Source: Opitutales bacterium
GTDB lineage: Bacteria; Verrucomicrobiota; Verrucomicrobiia; Opitutales; Seribacteraceae
Length of the DNA stretch: 64,000 nt
NCBI GenBank assembly: GCA_029254745.1
Contig: JAQWWZ010000072.1
Coordinates: 4,380-68,379, forward strand
Direction of reading: 5' to 3'
Numbering within the stretch: position 1 is the stretch's first letter; each line of letters begins with the position of its first letter. Shown piece after piece: positions 62,379-64,000 of this stretch. Below the pieces are notes generated by a model that saw only the letters and a list, made by a program, of their open reading frames with translations, did not search any database and was not told the DNA's origin. Position numbers and translations under genes: made by a program.

Positions 62379-63209
62379 GTGGTAACTGTTGATATGATTC
62401 AACCCTCCATTATTTCAGAAGTTGTAATCATTCGCGGGGGAGGCTTGGGTGATTTTTTGCTGACCATCCCGATTTTAAACAAAGCAATCACCCACTACGA
62501 TTGTGTCCATTTATTTACACGAGGTCAGTATTTTAAGTTGGTACCCCATCACCTTTACGAAAAAGTACAGTGTCATGATATTGATCTTAGCCCAGAATAT
62601 ATAAAGTCATTCAGTAAAGGGCGGGATGTTATCAGCTTCTGGAATGATGTCACATGGATCACGGAACTAAAAGAAGGAGGGGCTGGAAATGTTATAACCT
62701 TAGACCCAAGACCTGATTCTTCTGAGCATATAGTTTCCTTTTTTTTTACTGAATTAAAATGGAAAATGGAAGATCACTATTTGTTGAATGCTTGGCTAGG
62801 TGATGGCTGGAATCCATTGAGTAAGACTTTATGGATCCACCCGGGTAGTGGCAGTAAGAAAAAGAATGCTCCGCTCCATTACTTTACGGATCGTGCGTCC
62901 TCATGGTTAAAAAATAACGAGGCTAATCAAGTGGTTTTTTCTTTTGGCGAGGCGGATTTTTCCTTGTTCAGTCAAGTGAAGCAATTGGCAGTATCAGGAA
63001 ATTCACGATTTCATAGTTATGAAATTTCCTGCCTTAATTTATTGATGCAAAAAATCGGAACTGAAGCGGTATCCTTTCTTGGAAACGATACAGGTCCAAC
63101 CCACATGGCCGCTATGCTAGGGGTTCCTACAGAGGCCATTTTTATTTCAAGCAATCCCAAAATTTGGAAGCCCTTGGGCCCGCGAGTTAAACTACTCGGA
63201 GGCGAGTAG
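62379..63209 (+). CDS. Glycosyltransferase family 9 (heptosyltransferase-like)
   Basis: GLGDFLLTIP, IHPGSGS..KN, GNDTGPTHMAA.LG.PT. Confidence 0.85.
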   Translation: MVTVDMIQPSIISEVVIIRGGGLGDFLLTIPILNKAITHYDCVHLFTRGQYFKLVPHHLYEKVQCHDIDLSPEYIKSFSKGRDVISFWNDVTWITELKEGGAGNVITLDPRPDSSEHIVSFFFTELKWKMEDHYLLNAWLGDGWNPLSKTLWIHPGSGSKKKNAPLHYFTDRASSWLKNNEANQVVFSFGEADFSLFSQVKQLAVSGNSRFHSYEISCLNLLMQKIGTEAVSFLGNDTGPTHMAAMLGVPTEAIFISSNPKIWKPLGPRVKLLGGE

Positions 63210-64000
63210 AATTTTATAAGATACAGAGTCTACCAATGCTTCCCAACTTGCTGTGATTACATTGTCACTCACTCCAATTGTTCCCCATGTTTTTTCTCCA
63301 TCCGTCGACTCGATATGAACGCGGGTAATTGCATCTGTTCCAAGATTACTTTCTAAAATTCGAACTTTAAAGTCAATTAGCCTGACTTGAGATATGTATG
63401 GGAAATCTTTTTCTAAAGCCTTACGCAAAGCATGATCTAAAGCAGCAACTGGTCCATTGCCCTCGGCTACAGTATGTCGGACTTCATTTTGAATTTTGAG
63501 TTTAACTGTAGCTTCCGAAGAAGTCTCTCCGGTACCTTCACCGTTTCCTACCCCCACGTGGTAACGGAGGACATCAAATGCAAAATTTTCACCCCGGAGA
63601 AATCTTCGAAGAAGCAAATCAAACGAGGCATCAGCGGATTCATATTCATATCCCTTGAACTCCAATTGCTTCAATTCTTCTAGAAAGGATTTCATTTCTG
63701 GAGAACGCCCGTCGACATCCATACCCATTTCCTTTGCCTTCATCATGATACTACTTCTGCCTGACATGTCTGACACAAGTACCCGCGTACGATTCCCCAC
63801 GATGGCTGGGTTGATATGCTCATAGCTTCGCGTAGACTTGGCCGCGGCGTCTGCGTGAACACCTCCCTTGTGGGCGAAGGATGCAGCACCTACATAAGGG
63901 GCACGTATATCAGCACGAAGATTGGTGGCGTCGTCTACAAAGAGAGAGAGATCACGAAGCTTAGGCAGGTGATCTCTGGAGTTGGTTGTCTTCCCCATCT
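63192..64000 (-). CDS. cimA: Citramalate synthase (C-terminal part; gene starts beyond the window end)
   Basis: PYVGAASFAHKGGVH, SYEHI.P..VGN, SDMSGRS, FEYESADAS-like segment, EATVK, GNGPV.ALD.ALR, WGTIGVS.N.I.ASW.AL. Confidence 0.9.
   Translation of the reverse strand, partial: MGKTTNSRDHLPKLRDLSLFVDDATNLRADIRAPYVGAASFAHKGGVHADAAAKSTRSYEHINPAIVGNRTRVLVSDMSGRSSIMMKAKEMGMDVDGRSPEMKSFLEELKQLEFKGYEYESADASFDLLLRRFLRGENFAFDVLRYHVGVGNGEGTGETSSEATVKLKIQNEVRHTVAEGNGPVAALDHALRKALEKDFPYISQVRLIDFKVRILESNLGTDAITRVHIESTDGEKTWGTIGVSDNVITASWEALVDSVSYKILLASE

Overview
Gene-dense bacterial chromosome window, probably Verrucomicrobiota (Opitutales-like). The lineage is inferred from protein style and was not tested. 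Housekeeping blocks: pyrG (partial), sdhCAB, argH, ppk2/pap, carA, pckG, a caa3-type cytochrome oxidase operon with Sco/DUF420 assembly genes, folA-thyA, tRNA-Val-ilvN-ilvC, hemC-cobA/hemD-trpF, ffh, serA-plsY-hom-lysC-thrC and cimA (partial). The main accessory feature is a ~15 kb DeoR-associated sugar/polyol catabolic locus (17474-32843). It combines a PMI-like cupin, a PfkB kinase, an atypical PHP protein, three unrelated polyol(-phosphate) dehydrogenases, a class II aldolase, a mutarotase and its own E2/E3/fused-E1 lipoyl complex, with no PTS or transporter in the window. Other accessory features: a reduced ebo cluster (eboE-C-D-F) whose leader carries a sigma54-type promoter, a ~78-nt structured RNA candidate and an intrinsic terminator; a secreted SHD1-LIM-DA1 metallopeptidase; an oxidase subunit IV fused to a CBM5/12-like module; a multiply broken histone-deacetylase-family pseudogene; and a Bacteroidota-like ahpC-thioredoxin-DUF6952 trio. 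I saw no CRISPR array, transposase, integrase or rRNA. All family assignments come from motif recognition and memory, not from database searches.
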